From positions 1,344,001-1,408,000 of the forward strand of contig CAWJET010000001.1 of assembly GCA_963842085.1 (NCBI GenBank): a stretch of DNA of 64,000 nt, written 5' to 3'. A program made the position numbers and the translations under genes. Source of the stretch: an uncultured delta proteobacterium. Its GTDB lineage: Bacteria; Desulfobacterota; Binatia; Binatales; Binataceae. The notes below the pieces were generated by a model. That model saw nothing but the letters and a program-made list of their open reading frames with translations, did no database searches and was not told the DNA's origin. Shown here in pieces: positions 19,054-29,004 of the stretch (its first letter is position 1; the number at the start of each line of letters is the position of its first letter).

Positions 19054-19082
19054 TACTTATCATTATCACATAATGATAAGTA
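19054..19082. promoter_or_regulatory. Perfect 13-bp inverted repeat, probable TA operator
   Basis: TACTTATCATTAT-cac-ATAATGATAAGTA, 1 bp from the toxin start codon. Confidence 0.8.
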
Positions 19083-19131
19083 GATCATTAGACGCGCAGT
19101 GGAGCCGCAAATTCCTAGGGAAACGGAGGCC

Positions 19132-19920
19132 CTAACCCTCGCCGAGGCGGGATTGCCCGAGCAGGATTCCGCCATCGATCGCGATGACCTGGCCGGTCAC
19201 GTTGATCGCCTTGTCGGAGCAGAGCCACGACACCGCGCGGCCGATGTCCTCTTCGGTCTGCTCGCGGCCGAGCGGAACGAGCTGGCGCACCACCGAGTCG
19301 AAGACCGCGCGCGCGTTCGCATCGCCACCGCCCAGCGCCGCGCCCAGGTCCTGCCATACCTTGGTGTAGATGAGCCCCGGGGCAACCGCGTTGACGCGAA
19401 TCCCCGACAGGCCAAGCTGGAGTGCGAGCGTTTTGCTGTAGGAGATCACGCCGGCCTTGGCCGCCGCGTATGCGGCCAGCGCCGGAGCCGCCTGCAAGCC
19501 GGCCACCGACGACGTGTTGCAGATCGCGGCGCCACTCTTCATCCGCGGCGCGACCTCGCGCGACACCAGATAAACCGAGTTCAGGTTGAGATCGACAAAC
19601 CGGCGCCACGTTTCGACGCTGTCCCACGCGCGCTGATTCCCACCCTCGAACCATGCGCGATCGCCGCCGCCGGCGTTGTTGCAGAGCACGTCGGGATGAG
19701 CGCCGAGCCGGGAGACGATCTCCTCGACCGCGCCGTGTACCTGCTTTTCGTCGGTAACGTCGGCGACAAATCCTTGCACCTGGGCAGCGATCGCGGCGGG
19801 CGGCGGCGCCAGGTCGCGATCGATCACGGCGACTCTCTCGACCACCTTTTCTTCGAGCAGCGCGTTCACGATACCGAGTCCGAGTCCGCGCGCTCCTCCG
19901 GTCACGATTGCGTACTTCAT
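19132..19920 (-). CDS. SDR oxidoreductase
   Basis: MKYAIVTGGARGLG, NNAG, YAAAK, IRVNAVAPG. Confidence 0.92.
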   Translation of the reverse strand: MKYAIVTGGARGLGLGIVNALLEEKVVERVAVIDRDLAPPPAAIAAQVQGFVADVTDEKQVHGAVEEIVSRLGAHPDVLCNNAGGGDRAWFEGGNQRAWDSVETWRRFVDLNLNSVYLVSREVAPRMKSGAAICNTSSVAGLQAAPALAAYAAAKAGVISYSKTLALQLGLSGIRVNAVAPGLIYTKVWQDLGAALGGGDANARAVFDSVVRQLVPLGREQTEEDIGRAVSWLCSDKAINVTGQVIAIDGGILLGQSRLGEG

Positions 19921-19960
19921 TGATTTTTTCTCCGAGGCAAACTGCGTTCGAGCCGCGCGC

Positions 19961-21034
19961 TCAGGCTGCTTCTTTGCGAGTGCCCGAGTATTCCTTTCTA
20001 TAGACGCGCAGCAGAGCCGCAAATACCGACATGATCGCCGGGCCGAGAAACAGGCCGAGCGGGCCGTACGCTTCGAGTCCGCCGAGTATTCCGAGAAATA
20101 GCGCGATCGTCGGCAGGCCGGTGCCGTGCTTCATCGCCAGCGGCTTGATGAAGTTGTCGATGACGGCGAGCGCGATCGCACTCCAGATGACCAGGCCGAC
20201 CGCCGCCGACCAGCTCGACGCAAAGCCCAGGTAGATAGCAGCGGGAATCCAGACCAGTGCGGTGCCGCCGATTGGCATCAGTCCCGCGGCCGACGACGCG
20301 ATCGCGAGGAACAGCCAGTACGGCACGCCGAAGATCAGCATGCCGATGCCGATCGACACGCCCTGCAGCACCGCGGTCAGCATCAGGCCGCGCATCACGG
20401 ACGACAGCGTCGTGCGCAGGGTGTCGAAAATCGCTTTCTTGTCGTCCTCGTGCAGCGGGGTCAGGTCGCGCAGGCTCTTGTAGTAGAAGTCGCCGTCGCG
20501 CAGCAGGTAGAAAAACGCGAGCAGCGCGATGCCGAAATTTACGATGAACCCAACGACATTTTTCGCGGCCTGGGTCGCATTCCTGGCGACGTAGTTGCTG
20601 GTTATTTGCGCCGCCTGCAGCGTCAGCTTGGGCAGCTCCTGGTCGAGCTTGTAGCCGCGTTCCGCCATTTTGTTCGCGACCCATGCTCCGAGCTCGGTGT
20701 TGACCGCCCAGTCATGCACTTTCGTCACTCCGCCGCTGCTCACCAAATCGGTGGCTTGGGCGTAAAGCGTCTGCGCCTCGAGCACCAGGTGGCCCGAGGC
20801 CCAGACGGCTGGCAGCACGACAAGGAGCCCCACGACGATGCTGATGATCGCCGTCGAGAGCGAGCGCCGCTTGACGACTTTTTCGACTTCGATCAGCGCC
20901 GGATGCGCCATGAAGGCGAGCAGTATTCCCCACGCCAACGGCGTCAGGAACGGCAGCAGCAGCTCGTACAGCTCGTAGGCCATCACGGCCAGAAAGCCGA
21001 AGAAAAAGAGCTGCACTATGCGCTCGCGATCCAT
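19961..21034 (-). CDS. AI-2E-family transporter
   Basis: Multi-TM, IDNFIKP, GPLGLFLGP. Confidence 0.9.
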   Translation of the reverse strand: MDRERIVQLFFFGFLAVMAYELYELLLPFLTPLAWGILLAFMAHPALIEVEKVVKRRSLSTAIISIVVGLLVVLPAVWASGHLVLEAQTLYAQATDLVSSGGVTKVHDWAVNTELGAWVANKMAERGYKLDQELPKLTLQAAQITSNYVARNATQAAKNVVGFIVNFGIALLAFFYLLRDGDFYYKSLRDLTPLHEDDKKAIFDTLRTTLSSVMRGLMLTAVLQGVSIGIGMLIFGVPYWLFLAIASSAAGLMPIGGTALVWIPAAIYLGFASSWSAAVGLVIWSAIALAVIDNFIKPLAMKHGTGLPTIALFLGILGGLEAYGPLGLFLGPAIMSVFAALLRVYRKEYSGTRKEAA

Positions 21035-21220
21035 TTTCTGAGGCGTGGCGATCCTCCGTGCGCGCGCGATACTCGGCGCGAAAGTTTAGCAGATGCCCCC
21101 GCTACCGTCGCCTGCCGGACGCGGGTAATCGGGCGCGCGAAACTTCGGTTGCCCGCCAGCGCAAGATCGGTTACCGTCAGCGTTTGCTTGATGTGTCTAA
21201 TCAATACCGCTGCCCCGTGA

Positions 21221-21295
21221 AGGCACGTAGCTCAGTGGGAGAGCGCTTCCTTGACACGGAAGAGGTCGGCGGTTCAATCCCGCCCGTGCCTACCA
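21221..21295 (+). tRNA. tRNA-Val(GAC)
   Basis: Acceptor stem AGGCACG/CGTGCCT, anticodon arm CTTCC-TTGACAC-GGAAG, GGTTCAATCC T-loop, encoded CCA. Confidence 0.97.
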
Positions 21296-21364
21296 GGTCC
21301 GTGCCGTTGAGCCGCGCGCGCGAAGTTCGCCCCGCCAGTTTCCCGCAATGATTAGAATTTTCGC

Positions 21365-23308
21365 TTGATGAGTTCCGAAGTAACCGTAACCCTCGGCCGC
21401 GAAGCGCGCGTCGTGCCGGTTGGCACAATCGTCCGCGACGTGCTCAAGGACGTCCCAAGCAAAGATCTGGTCGCCGCGCGCATCGATGGCAAAGTCGTCG
21501 ATTTGACGCGCAAGCTCGAGCACGACGCCGCCGTCGAGCCGGTGATTGCCGACTCGCCCGCGGGTCTCGAAGTGATCCGCCATTCGACGGCACATCTGAT
21601 GGCGATGGCGGTGCAATCGCTTTATCCCGGCACGCAGGTGACGATCGGTCCGGTGATCGAAGACGGTTTTTTCTACGACTTCGCGCCGGCCACGCCGTTC
21701 ACGGTCGAGGACTTGCCGAAGATCGAAGCAAAGATGCGCGAGCTGGCGAAAGCCGACCACAAGATCACGCGGACCGAAGTCGCGCGCGAGGACGCAATCC
21801 GCAAATTCTCGGCGATGGGCGAGAAGTACAAGGTCGAGATAATTCAGGGCATCCCCGACGACCACGTCTCGATCTACAGCCAGGGCGACTGGATGGACCT
21901 GTGCCGCGGACCGCACGTCCCCTCGACGCGGTATCTGAAGGCATTCAAGCTGACCAGCGTGGCGGGCGCGTACTGGCGCGGCGACGAGCACAACGCGATG
22001 CTCTCGCGCATCTACGGCACCGCGTTCGCCAACAAGGAAGCGCTCGAGGAGCATCTGAAACTGGTCGAACTCGCCCGCCAGCGCGACCATCGCAAGCTCG
22101 GGCGCGAGATGGGCCTCTACATCTTCGATCCAATCTCGCCGGGCTCGCCGTTCTACCTTCCCAAGGGCGTCATCATCTTCAACGCGCTCGTCGATTACAT
22201 GCGGCGGCTGTACCGGCGCTACGGTTACGACGAGGTCGTCACGCCGCTGCTGTTCAAGAACGAACTTTTCAACACGTCAGGGCATTGGGAAAATTTCCGC
22301 GAGAATATGTTTCTCTCGCCGGATCCCGAAAGCGAGACGCATACCGTCGATACCAGCCCCGACGGATGGCATCACGGCTACGGGCTGAAGCCGATGAATT
22401 GCCCCGGCCACACGTTCGTGTATCGCGCCGAGAAGCGCTCGTATCGCGACCTGCCGCTGCGCTTCGCGGAGTTCAGCCGGCTGCATCGCGCGGAACGTTC
22501 GGGCACGCTGCACGGCCTGATGCGAGTGCGCGCGATGTCGCAAGATGACGCGCACATCTTCTGCCGCGAAGATCAAATCGAGGACGAAATCACGCTGAAT
22601 CTCCAGATGGTGCGCGACGTGTACGGTGCGCTGGGTTTCGACCACGTCGAGTTCAAGCTCGCGACCATGCCCGAGCAGCATCTCGGCACCGAAGAGCAAT
22701 GGCAGATGTCGGAAGGCAAGCTCGCCCACGCGATAAAGCGCAACGAAATCGCATTCGAGATAAATCCGAAGGAAGGCGCGTTTTACGGCCCCAAGATCGA
22801 GATTTACGTGTCGGACGCGCTCAAGCGCAAGTGGCAGGTCGCGACGATTCAGCTCGATTACAATGCGCCCGAGCGCTTCGACCTGACCTACACCAACAGC
22901 GCCGGCGCCGAAGAACGCCCCGTGATGATTCATCGCGCGATCCTCGGCTCGCTCGAACGCTTCATCGGCGTGCTGATCGAGCACACCGGCGGCGTGCTGC
23001 CGCTCTGGCTCGCGCCGGAGCAGGTGCGCGTGCTGTCGCTCAGCGAGAAGGTCGAGGACTACGCCAAGGAAATCGCGGACCTGCTCAAGCGCGAGGGCTT
23101 TCGCGCCCACGCCGACGTGCGCAACGAGAAACTCGGTTTCAAAGTTCGCGAAGCCGAATTGGCCAAGGTGCCGTATATGGTAGTGATCGGCGAGCGCGAA
23201 GCTGCCGACCGATCGGTATCGCTGCGGCTGCTGCGCGGCGAGAAGAGCAATGCGATGCCGCTGGCGCAGTTAGTCGAAAAATTAAAGAAGGAGCCGGTGC
23301 CGGCTTAG
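21365..23308 (+). CDS. thrS: Threonine--tRNA ligase
   Basis: RHSTAH, DLCRGPH, RDHRKLG, KPMNCPGH, AFYGPKI, IHRAILGSLERF. Confidence 0.98.
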   Translation: MMSSEVTVTLGREARVVPVGTIVRDVLKDVPSKDLVAARIDGKVVDLTRKLEHDAAVEPVIADSPAGLEVIRHSTAHLMAMAVQSLYPGTQVTIGPVIEDGFFYDFAPATPFTVEDLPKIEAKMRELAKADHKITRTEVAREDAIRKFSAMGEKYKVEIIQGIPDDHVSIYSQGDWMDLCRGPHVPSTRYLKAFKLTSVAGAYWRGDEHNAMLSRIYGTAFANKEALEEHLKLVELARQRDHRKLGREMGLYIFDPISPGSPFYLPKGVIIFNALVDYMRRLYRRYGYDEVVTPLLFKNELFNTSGHWENFRENMFLSPDPESETHTVDTSPDGWHHGYGLKPMNCPGHTFVYRAEKRSYRDLPLRFAEFSRLHRAERSGTLHGLMRVRAMSQDDAHIFCREDQIEDEITLNLQMVRDVYGALGFDHVEFKLATMPEQHLGTEEQWQMSEGKLAHAIKRNEIAFEINPKEGAFYGPKIEIYVSDALKRKWQVATIQLDYNAPERFDLTYTNSAGAEERPVMIHRAILGSLERFIGVLIEHTGGVLPLWLAPEQVRVLSLSEKVEDYAKEIADLLKREGFRAHADVRNEKLGFKVREAELAKVPYMVVIGEREAADRSVSLRLLRGEKSNAMPLAQLVEKLKKEPVPA

Positions 23309-23345
23309 GAAGTTAATCCGGCCATCGAGCCGGAGGAGGTGCTTT

Positions 23346-23879
23346 ATCCGTAGAGATTTCAGAACCCCACCCTCAAGGGAGCCCGCGATTCGCGTCAATA
23401 ACCTGATTCGCGCTCAAGAAGTCCGTGTGATCGACGCCGACGGCAGCCAGGTCGGAATCCTGCCTCTGCGCGAGGCCATCAAGGTTGCGGAGGCCCGCGG
23501 CCTGGACCTGGTCGAGGTCTCGTCGACGGCCAACCCGCCCGTGTGCCGCGTCACCGACTTCGACAAGTACCGCTACGCGCAGAAGAAAAAGTCGCACGAC
23601 TCCAAGAAGCACACCATCAGCATGATCAAGGAAGTGAAGATGGGCTCGGCGACCGGGCAGCACGACGTGGACTTCAAAACCGCTCACATCAAGCGCTTTG
23701 TTGGAGAAGGTCACCGTGTTAAGCTCACCGTTTCGTTCCGCGGGCGCGCGATTACTCATCCGGAACTCGGACGGGCGTTGATCGACAGAATTATCGCGCA
23801 GGTTACGGATGTCGCGCAGGCAGAAGGCATGCCCCGGATGGAAGGACGCAACATGTCCGTGCTGCTGACGCCGCGATAG
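23346..23879 (+). CDS. infC: Translation initiation factor IF-3, probable ATC start
   Basis: SD GGAGGAGGT then in-frame ATC at 23346; IRVNNLIRAQEVRVID..LDLVEVS..PPVCR; thrS-infC-rpmI-rplT order. Confidence 0.93.
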   Translation: MRRDFRTPPSREPAIRVNNLIRAQEVRVIDADGSQVGILPLREAIKVAEARGLDLVEVSSTANPPVCRVTDFDKYRYAQKKKSHDSKKHTISMIKEVKMGSATGQHDVDFKTAHIKRFVGEGHRVKLTVSFRGRAITHPELGRALIDRIIAQVTDVAQAEGMPRMEGRNMSVLLTPR

Positions 23880-23923
23880 CAGCGAACGGGAAGTTTCAGG
23901 AAAGAAGCAGAGCACCTATCGTC

Positions 23924-24121
23924 ATGCCGAAAATCAGGACCAGCCGAACCGCCGCCAAGCGCTTCACCGTCAGCAAGAGCGGCAAGGTCAAATTCAAACA
24001 CGCGTACGCCCGCCACATGTTCTCGGCCAAAAATCCGAAACAGAAGGCGCGCCTGCGCAGAACCGGTATTCTGGAAAAGGCCGACGCCGAAAAAGTTAAG
24101 ACGATGATGCCGTACGCATGA
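23924..24121 (+). CDS. rpmI: 50S ribosomal protein L35
   Basis: MPKIRTSRTAAKRF; synteny. Confidence 0.96.
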   Translation: MPKIRTSRTAAKRFTVSKSGKVKFKHAYARHMFSAKNPKQKARLRRTGILEKADAEKVKTMMPYA

Positions 24122-24190
24122 GCGCGGCCGGTAAGAATACTAAAAGGCTAACGCACCGCATATCTACCAAGGAAGGATTTCACCACTCCG

Positions 24191-24556
24191 ATGCCTCGCG
24201 CCAAAGGCGGACCCAAGACGCGCCGCCGTCATAAGCGTCAACTCAAGCTCGCCTCCGGTTTCGTCGGTGGGCGCAAACTCTACCGCCAGGCCCGCTCGAC
24301 CCTCGAAAAGGGCCTCACCTACGCCTATCGCGACCGCAAGCAAAAGAAGCGCGACTACCGCACGCTCTGGATTGCGCGCATCAACGCGCTCGCCCGCGAA
24401 AGCGGAATCTCGTACAGCGCCATGATGAACGGGCTGAAGAAAGCGGGGGTCGAGGTCGATCGCAAGATGCTGGCGAAGCTCGCGCAGGAGCGCGACGCAT
24501 TGTTTACCGAGCTGGTGCGCACCGCGATCAGCGCGCTCGGCTCGAAAGCAGCATAG
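24191..24556 (+). CDS. rplT: 50S ribosomal protein L20
   Basis: YAYRDRKQKKRDYRTLWIARINA. Confidence 0.97.
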   Translation: MPRAKGGPKTRRRHKRQLKLASGFVGGRKLYRQARSTLEKGLTYAYRDRKQKKRDYRTLWIARINALARESGISYSAMMNGLKKAGVEVDRKMLAKLAQERDALFTELVRTAISALGSKAA

Positions 24557-24588
24557 AGCCGCGCCGTTCGAAAGCGCCGCGCACCAGG

Positions 24589-24627
24589 AAACCATGTGGG
24601 CGATCCCCCACGTGGTTTTTCGTTTTT
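24589..24627 (+). terminator. Probable rho-independent terminator between rplT and pheS
   Basis: AAACCATGTGGG/CCCACGTGGTTT stem then TTCGTTTTT. Confidence 0.7.
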
Positions 24628-24657
24628 GGCGCGTGCAAGATTGCGGAGAATACCAAG

Positions 24658-25704
24658 ATGAGAGAACAACTCGAAGAAATCAGGCGCCGCACGATGGCCG
24701 AGCTCGGCGACGACGCCGGCGAAGCGCAAATCGACGCGGTGCGCGTGCGCGTGCTCGGCCGCTCCGGCGAGCTGACGGAAATCATGCGCGGGATGCGCGA
24801 GGTGCCGAGCGCCGAGCGGCCCGCCATCGGCCAGCTGATCAATCAGATCAAGCGCGAAGTCGAGGCGCGCATCGAGGCGCTGAGCGAGAAGCTCAAAGCC
24901 GCGGCGCTGACGAAATCGCTCAACGAAAAACGCCTCGACGTCACGCTGCCGGGCATGCGCATCGCGCGCGGCCACATTCATCCGATCACCGACATTCTCG
25001 AAAAAATGCTGCAAATTTTCGAGTCGATGGGCTTCGAAGTCGCGATGACTCAGGATATCGAGGACGACTTTCACAACTTCGCGGCGCTCAACTTCACGCC
25101 GCACCATCCCGCGCGCGATATGCAGGACACCTTCTACCTCGACGGCGGGATGCTGCTGCGCACGCATACGTCGAACGGGCAGATCCGCGTGATGGAAAAA
25201 CGCCGGCCGCCGCTGGCGGTCGTGTGTCCCGGGCGATGCTACCGGCGCGACGACCTATCGGTGCGCGCTTCGCCGATGTTCACGCAGATCGAGGGCTTCA
25301 TGGTCGACAGGCGCGGGCGTATCACGATGGCGCATCTCAAGGGCGTGCTGACGGAGTTCGCGCGCGCGTTTTTCGGCACGACCGCGGTGCGTTTTCGCGC
25401 CAGCTATTTTCCATTCACCGAACCGAGCGCCGAACTCGACATGCATTGCCTTCTGTGCGACGGCGCCGGGTGCCCGGTGTGCAAGTATTCCGGATGGACC
25501 GAGGTGCTCGGCTGCGGAATGATCCACCCGAACGTGATGCGCGCGGTCGAGTACAACCCCGACGAGTTCCAGGGCTTCGCCTTCGGCATGGGCGTCGAGC
25601 GCACGGGGCTACTGAAGCTCGGCGTCGACGACATGCGCCTGTTCTTCGAGAACGACCTCCGCTTCCTGAGCCAGTTCCCCGCGCTGAGCGGAGGTGTGCG
25701 ATGA
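24658..25704 (+). CDS. pheS: Phenylalanine--tRNA ligase alpha subunit
   Basis: HPARDMQDTF, LRTHTS, YFPFTEPS, GFAFGMGVER. Confidence 0.98.
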   Translation: MREQLEEIRRRTMAELGDDAGEAQIDAVRVRVLGRSGELTEIMRGMREVPSAERPAIGQLINQIKREVEARIEALSEKLKAAALTKSLNEKRLDVTLPGMRIARGHIHPITDILEKMLQIFESMGFEVAMTQDIEDDFHNFAALNFTPHHPARDMQDTFYLDGGMLLRTHTSNGQIRVMEKRRPPLAVVCPGRCYRRDDLSVRASPMFTQIEGFMVDRRGRITMAHLKGVLTEFARAFFGTTAVRFRASYFPFTEPSAELDMHCLLCDGAGCPVCKYSGWTEVLGCGMIHPNVMRAVEYNPDEFQGFAFGMGVERTGLLKLGVDDMRLFFENDLRFLSQFPALSGGVR

Positions 25705-28121
25705 AGCTGCCGCTCAGTTGGATGCGCGACTTCGTCAGCGTCGAAGCGCCGGTCGAGGAAATTTCGCGGCGCCTCAGCTACGCGGGACTGGTAGTCGAGA
25801 GTGTCGAGAAACTCACGCCGGGATTCGCCGGCGTGTTCGCCGCGCGCGTGCTCCGCGTCGAGAAGCATCCGAACGCGGACCGGCTGAATCTCGTCGAGGT
25901 GGACGCCGGCACGAAAGGCCAATTCAAGGTCGTGTGCGGCGCGCCCAACGTAAAGGCCGGCATGGTCGCGCCGCTCGCGCTGGTTGGCGCGCATCTCGGC
26001 AAGGAACCGCCGCTCGAGGCCGCAGTCATTCGCGGCGTGCGGTCGGAGGGCATGCTCTGCTCGGAGCGCGAGCTGGGACTGTCGCAGGATCATGCAGGAA
26101 TTCTCGCGCTCGGCGCCGACGCGCCGCTCGGCGGCGACGTGGCCGCCTATTTGCACCTCGACGACATCGTGCTCGATGTCGAAATCACGCCGAATCGCGG
26201 CGATTGCCTGTCGGTGCTCGGCCTCGCGCGCGAGGTCGCAGCATTGTTCGCCGTCAAACTGCGCGCGCCCAGGCTGCGCGCGGCGCATTCGGCCGGCTCG
26301 CCCGACGGCGCGCGGTTCACGATTTCGGTTTCGATCGACGCGCCCGATCTGTGCCCACGTTACGCTGCGCTCGCAATGACCGGAGTCAAGATCGGTCCCT
26401 CGCCGGCGTGGCTCAGGCGCCGGCTGGAGCTGTGCGGGATGCGCGCGCTGAACAACGTCGTCGACGCGACCAACTACGTCATGCTCGAACTCGGGCAGCC
26501 GCTGCACGCGTTCGACTACGGAAAAATCGCGGGCGGCAGGATTGTCTTCCGCCGCGCCGGCGACACGCGCGAGTTCGTGACGCTCGACAACATCCCGCGC
26601 ACGCTCGATCCAAACGATCTGCTGATTGCCGACGGCGACAAACCGCTCGCGATTGCGGGGGTGATGGGCGGCCTCAACTCCGAGGTCAGCGATTCGACCG
26701 CGACGATTTTGCTCGAGAGCGCGTACTTCGAGCCGCTGACCGTCGCGCGCACAGCGCGGCGCCTGGGCTTGCGCAGCGAGGCGAGCTACCGCTTCGAGCG
26801 CGGCATCGATCGCGCTGGACAAGTCGGCGCATTGATCCGCGCCGCCGAATTGATCCGCAAAATCGCGCGCGGGCGCGAGGCGTCGCCGTATATCGACCTC
26901 GAACCGCGCAAGGCCGAACGGCGCGAAATTGCGCTCGACCTCGACGCGATGGAATCGTTGCTGGGCGTCTGGATACCTCAGATTGTCGCCAAGACTCGCC
27001 TCAAGTCGCTCGGCGCGCAGGTCGGCACGCGCGCCAAAGGCGTGCTCGCGGTAGTGCCGCCGTCGTTCCGCTCCGACCTGATCGAGCAGGCCGATCTGAT
27101 CGAGGAAGTCGTGCGGCTCGGCGGTCTCGAGGACATTCCTGCCCTGCTGCCCGCGCGCCTGACGGCGCTGGCTCCGGTCAATCGCGAGCGCGAGTTCCTG
27201 AAAGGCACGCGCGAGGTGATGCTGGGATGCGGCCTGACCGAGGCCGCGACCATCGCGTTCATCGCGCCCGCCGACAACGCGCGCTTCTCGGGGATTCAGG
27301 CTGCGGCGCGTCCGGTCAAAGTGACCAATCCGCTTTCGGCGGAATTGAGCGAGCTGCGGGTCAGCCTGATACCGGGACTCGTCACCTCGCTCAGGTTCAA
27401 TTTGAACCGCGAGGCGCGCGCGTTTCACGCCTTTGAAATGGCCAAGATCTTCCGCGTGGACGGCGACATCGCGACCGAACACCATCATCTCGCCGCCGTC
27501 AGCTACGGACCATACGCGCTCTCGGCGATCGGCGAGCAGAGCGCCGCGGCGGGATTTTTTTCGATCAAGGGAATTCTCGAGACGTACTTCGACGCGCTCG
27601 GTATTTCGCCGCGCGTCGCATTCAAGGCGATCGAGCCCGCCGATGCGCCATTCCTGCATCCCGGGCGCAGCGCTATTGTTATGCTCGACGGCGCGCCGAT
27701 CGGTTTGATCGGCGAGTTGCATCCGGCGGAAGCGATGCGCCTTGATCTGAACGAACCGTGCGCGGTTTACGAACTTGACTTGAGTAGTCTCATTGCCTAT
27801 GGTTTCTCGCCGCGCAAAACTTTTCAGCCGCCGCCAAAATTTCCCGCGATCAGGCGCGATTTGGCGTTGGTGCTGGATCGGAATTTCCCGGCGGATATGG
27901 TAGTCAAGACCATTCGGGAATGCGGTGCGTCGCTGCTGGAGAGCGTCGAGGTGTTCGACGTGTACGAGGGGACAGCGGTGGCGGCCGGAAAGAAGAGCGT
28001 GGCGCTGGCTTGTCGTTACCGTGCAAAAGATCGCACGCTGACCGATGAGGAGGTTAACCGCATTCATGCCGTGTTGATCGAGCAGGCGCGGATGCGATTA
28101 GGAGCGGAGTTGCGGCAGTAG
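25701..28121 (+). CDS. pheT: Phenylalanine--tRNA ligase beta subunit
   Basis: MKLPLSWMRDF start overlapping the pheS stop; HPNADRL, VVCGAPNV, ITPNRGDCLS, RRDLA. Confidence 0.97.
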   Translation: MKLPLSWMRDFVSVEAPVEEISRRLSYAGLVVESVEKLTPGFAGVFAARVLRVEKHPNADRLNLVEVDAGTKGQFKVVCGAPNVKAGMVAPLALVGAHLGKEPPLEAAVIRGVRSEGMLCSERELGLSQDHAGILALGADAPLGGDVAAYLHLDDIVLDVEITPNRGDCLSVLGLAREVAALFAVKLRAPRLRAAHSAGSPDGARFTISVSIDAPDLCPRYAALAMTGVKIGPSPAWLRRRLELCGMRALNNVVDATNYVMLELGQPLHAFDYGKIAGGRIVFRRAGDTREFVTLDNIPRTLDPNDLLIADGDKPLAIAGVMGGLNSEVSDSTATILLESAYFEPLTVARTARRLGLRSEASYRFERGIDRAGQVGALIRAAELIRKIARGREASPYIDLEPRKAERREIALDLDAMESLLGVWIPQIVAKTRLKSLGAQVGTRAKGVLAVVPPSFRSDLIEQADLIEEVVRLGGLEDIPALLPARLTALAPVNREREFLKGTREVMLGCGLTEAATIAFIAPADNARFSGIQAAARPVKVTNPLSAELSELRVSLIPGLVTSLRFNLNREARAFHAFEMAKIFRVDGDIATEHHHLAAVSYGPYALSAIGEQSAAAGFFSIKGILETYFDALGISPRVAFKAIEPADAPFLHPGRSAIVMLDGAPIGLIGELHPAEAMRLDLNEPCAVYELDLSSLIAYGFSPRKTFQPPPKFPAIRRDLALVLDRNFPADMVVKTIRECGASLLESVEVFDVYEGTAVAAGKKSVALACRYRAKDRTLTDEEVNRIHAVLIEQARMRLGAELRQ

Positions 28122-28166
28122 CAGCGTGCCTAACGCGAGCGGGTGGGGATCGTTACGCCGCAGGGC

Positions 28167-28460
28167 ATGACCAAAGCCGATCTTGTAGATTTAATCTACG
28201 AGCGGGTGGGCTCCTCGAAGAAGGAAGCCTGTGAAGTGGTCGAAGCGGTGTTCGCGATCATGAGGGATGCGTTGCGCGCCGGTCACAAAGTGAAAATTTC
28301 CGGCTTCGGCACCTTTCTCGTCAATCATAAACATGCGCGCCGCGGGCGCAATCCGCAGACTGGCGAGCCGATCACCATCGATTCGCGCCGCGTCCTCTCC
28401 TTCAAGCCGAGCCAGGTGTTGAAGGACCGGGTCAACAACGGCGCCAAGCCGGGGGTATGA
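28167..28460 (+). CDS. ihfA: Integration host factor alpha
   Basis: MTKADLV..VKISGFGTF..RRGRNPQTGE; follows pheT. Confidence 0.93.
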   Translation: MTKADLVDLIYERVGSSKKEACEVVEAVFAIMRDALRAGHKVKISGFGTFLVNHKHARRGRNPQTGEPITIDSRRVLSFKPSQVLKDRVNNGAKPGV

Positions 28461-28927
28461 CGCCGATGCCGCGCCCGCGCCAGCCATCGGTTCGGCGGCG
28501 AAAACCTGCCCCGCAAAAGCCCGCAACAATTTCCGCGATTCCTGAGCGCGGGTTGAAGATCGGCGAAGCGGCGCGCGCGCTCGGCGTCGGGACCTACGTG
28601 CTGCGCTTCTGGGAAACGCAGTTCCCGTTCCTGAAGCCCAAGCACACGCGCACCAGGCATCGCTTCTACCAGGAAAAAGACCTCGACGTGCTGCGCCTCA
28701 TCAAGCGCCTGCTGCACGACGAAGGCTTCACGATCGTAGGCGCCAACAAGCACATCAAGGAATTCGGCATCGAGGCGCTGATGAGTGGCGAGCCGGTCGC
28801 GAAACCCCCGCCGGCGTCATCGGAGCGCACGTCGTCCCAATCGCCCGCAATCGACGGCCAAGCCCGCCGCGTACTGAATGAGGTCCGCCGCGACCTGGAA
28901 TCGATCCACAAAATTCTGGAAGACTAA
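28457..28927 (+). CDS. MerR-family HTH regulator
   Basis: KIGEAARALGVGTYVLRFWETQFPFLKP; conserved position after ihfA. Confidence 0.9.
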   Translation: MTPMPRPRQPSVRRRKPAPQKPATISAIPERGLKIGEAARALGVGTYVLRFWETQFPFLKPKHTRTRHRFYQEKDLDVLRLIKRLLHDEGFTIVGANKHIKEFGIEALMSGEPVAKPPPASSERTSSQSPAIDGQARRVLNEVRRDLESIHKILED

Positions 28928-29004
28928 ACTTGGTTTTCGCTGGCGGGTGTCTGAATCCGCGGAGCGGTCCGGGCGCTCGCCGTTTCTAGAAGGAGGTCGT
29001 TCTC

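Noticed and set aside
19054-19082. Fur box interpretation of ATAATGATAA
   Set aside because: The symmetry is 13-3-13 rather than the Fur 7-1-7/9-1-9 pattern, and the context favours a TA operator
25404-28067. Many long antisense ORFs (e.g. 887 aa here, also 8584-10026, 15426-17276, 57543-59084)
   Set aside because: Expected from high GC3 opposite well-supported genes; no motifs
24594-28121. 1175-aa ORF that looks like a giant PheT fusion
   Set aside because: The N-terminal extension is an open shadow frame over pheS; PheT starts at ATG 25701 with an SD and an ATGA overlap
28928-29004. tRNA-Pro often found after ihfA-merR
   Set aside because: No cloverleaf, T-loop or CCA is visible
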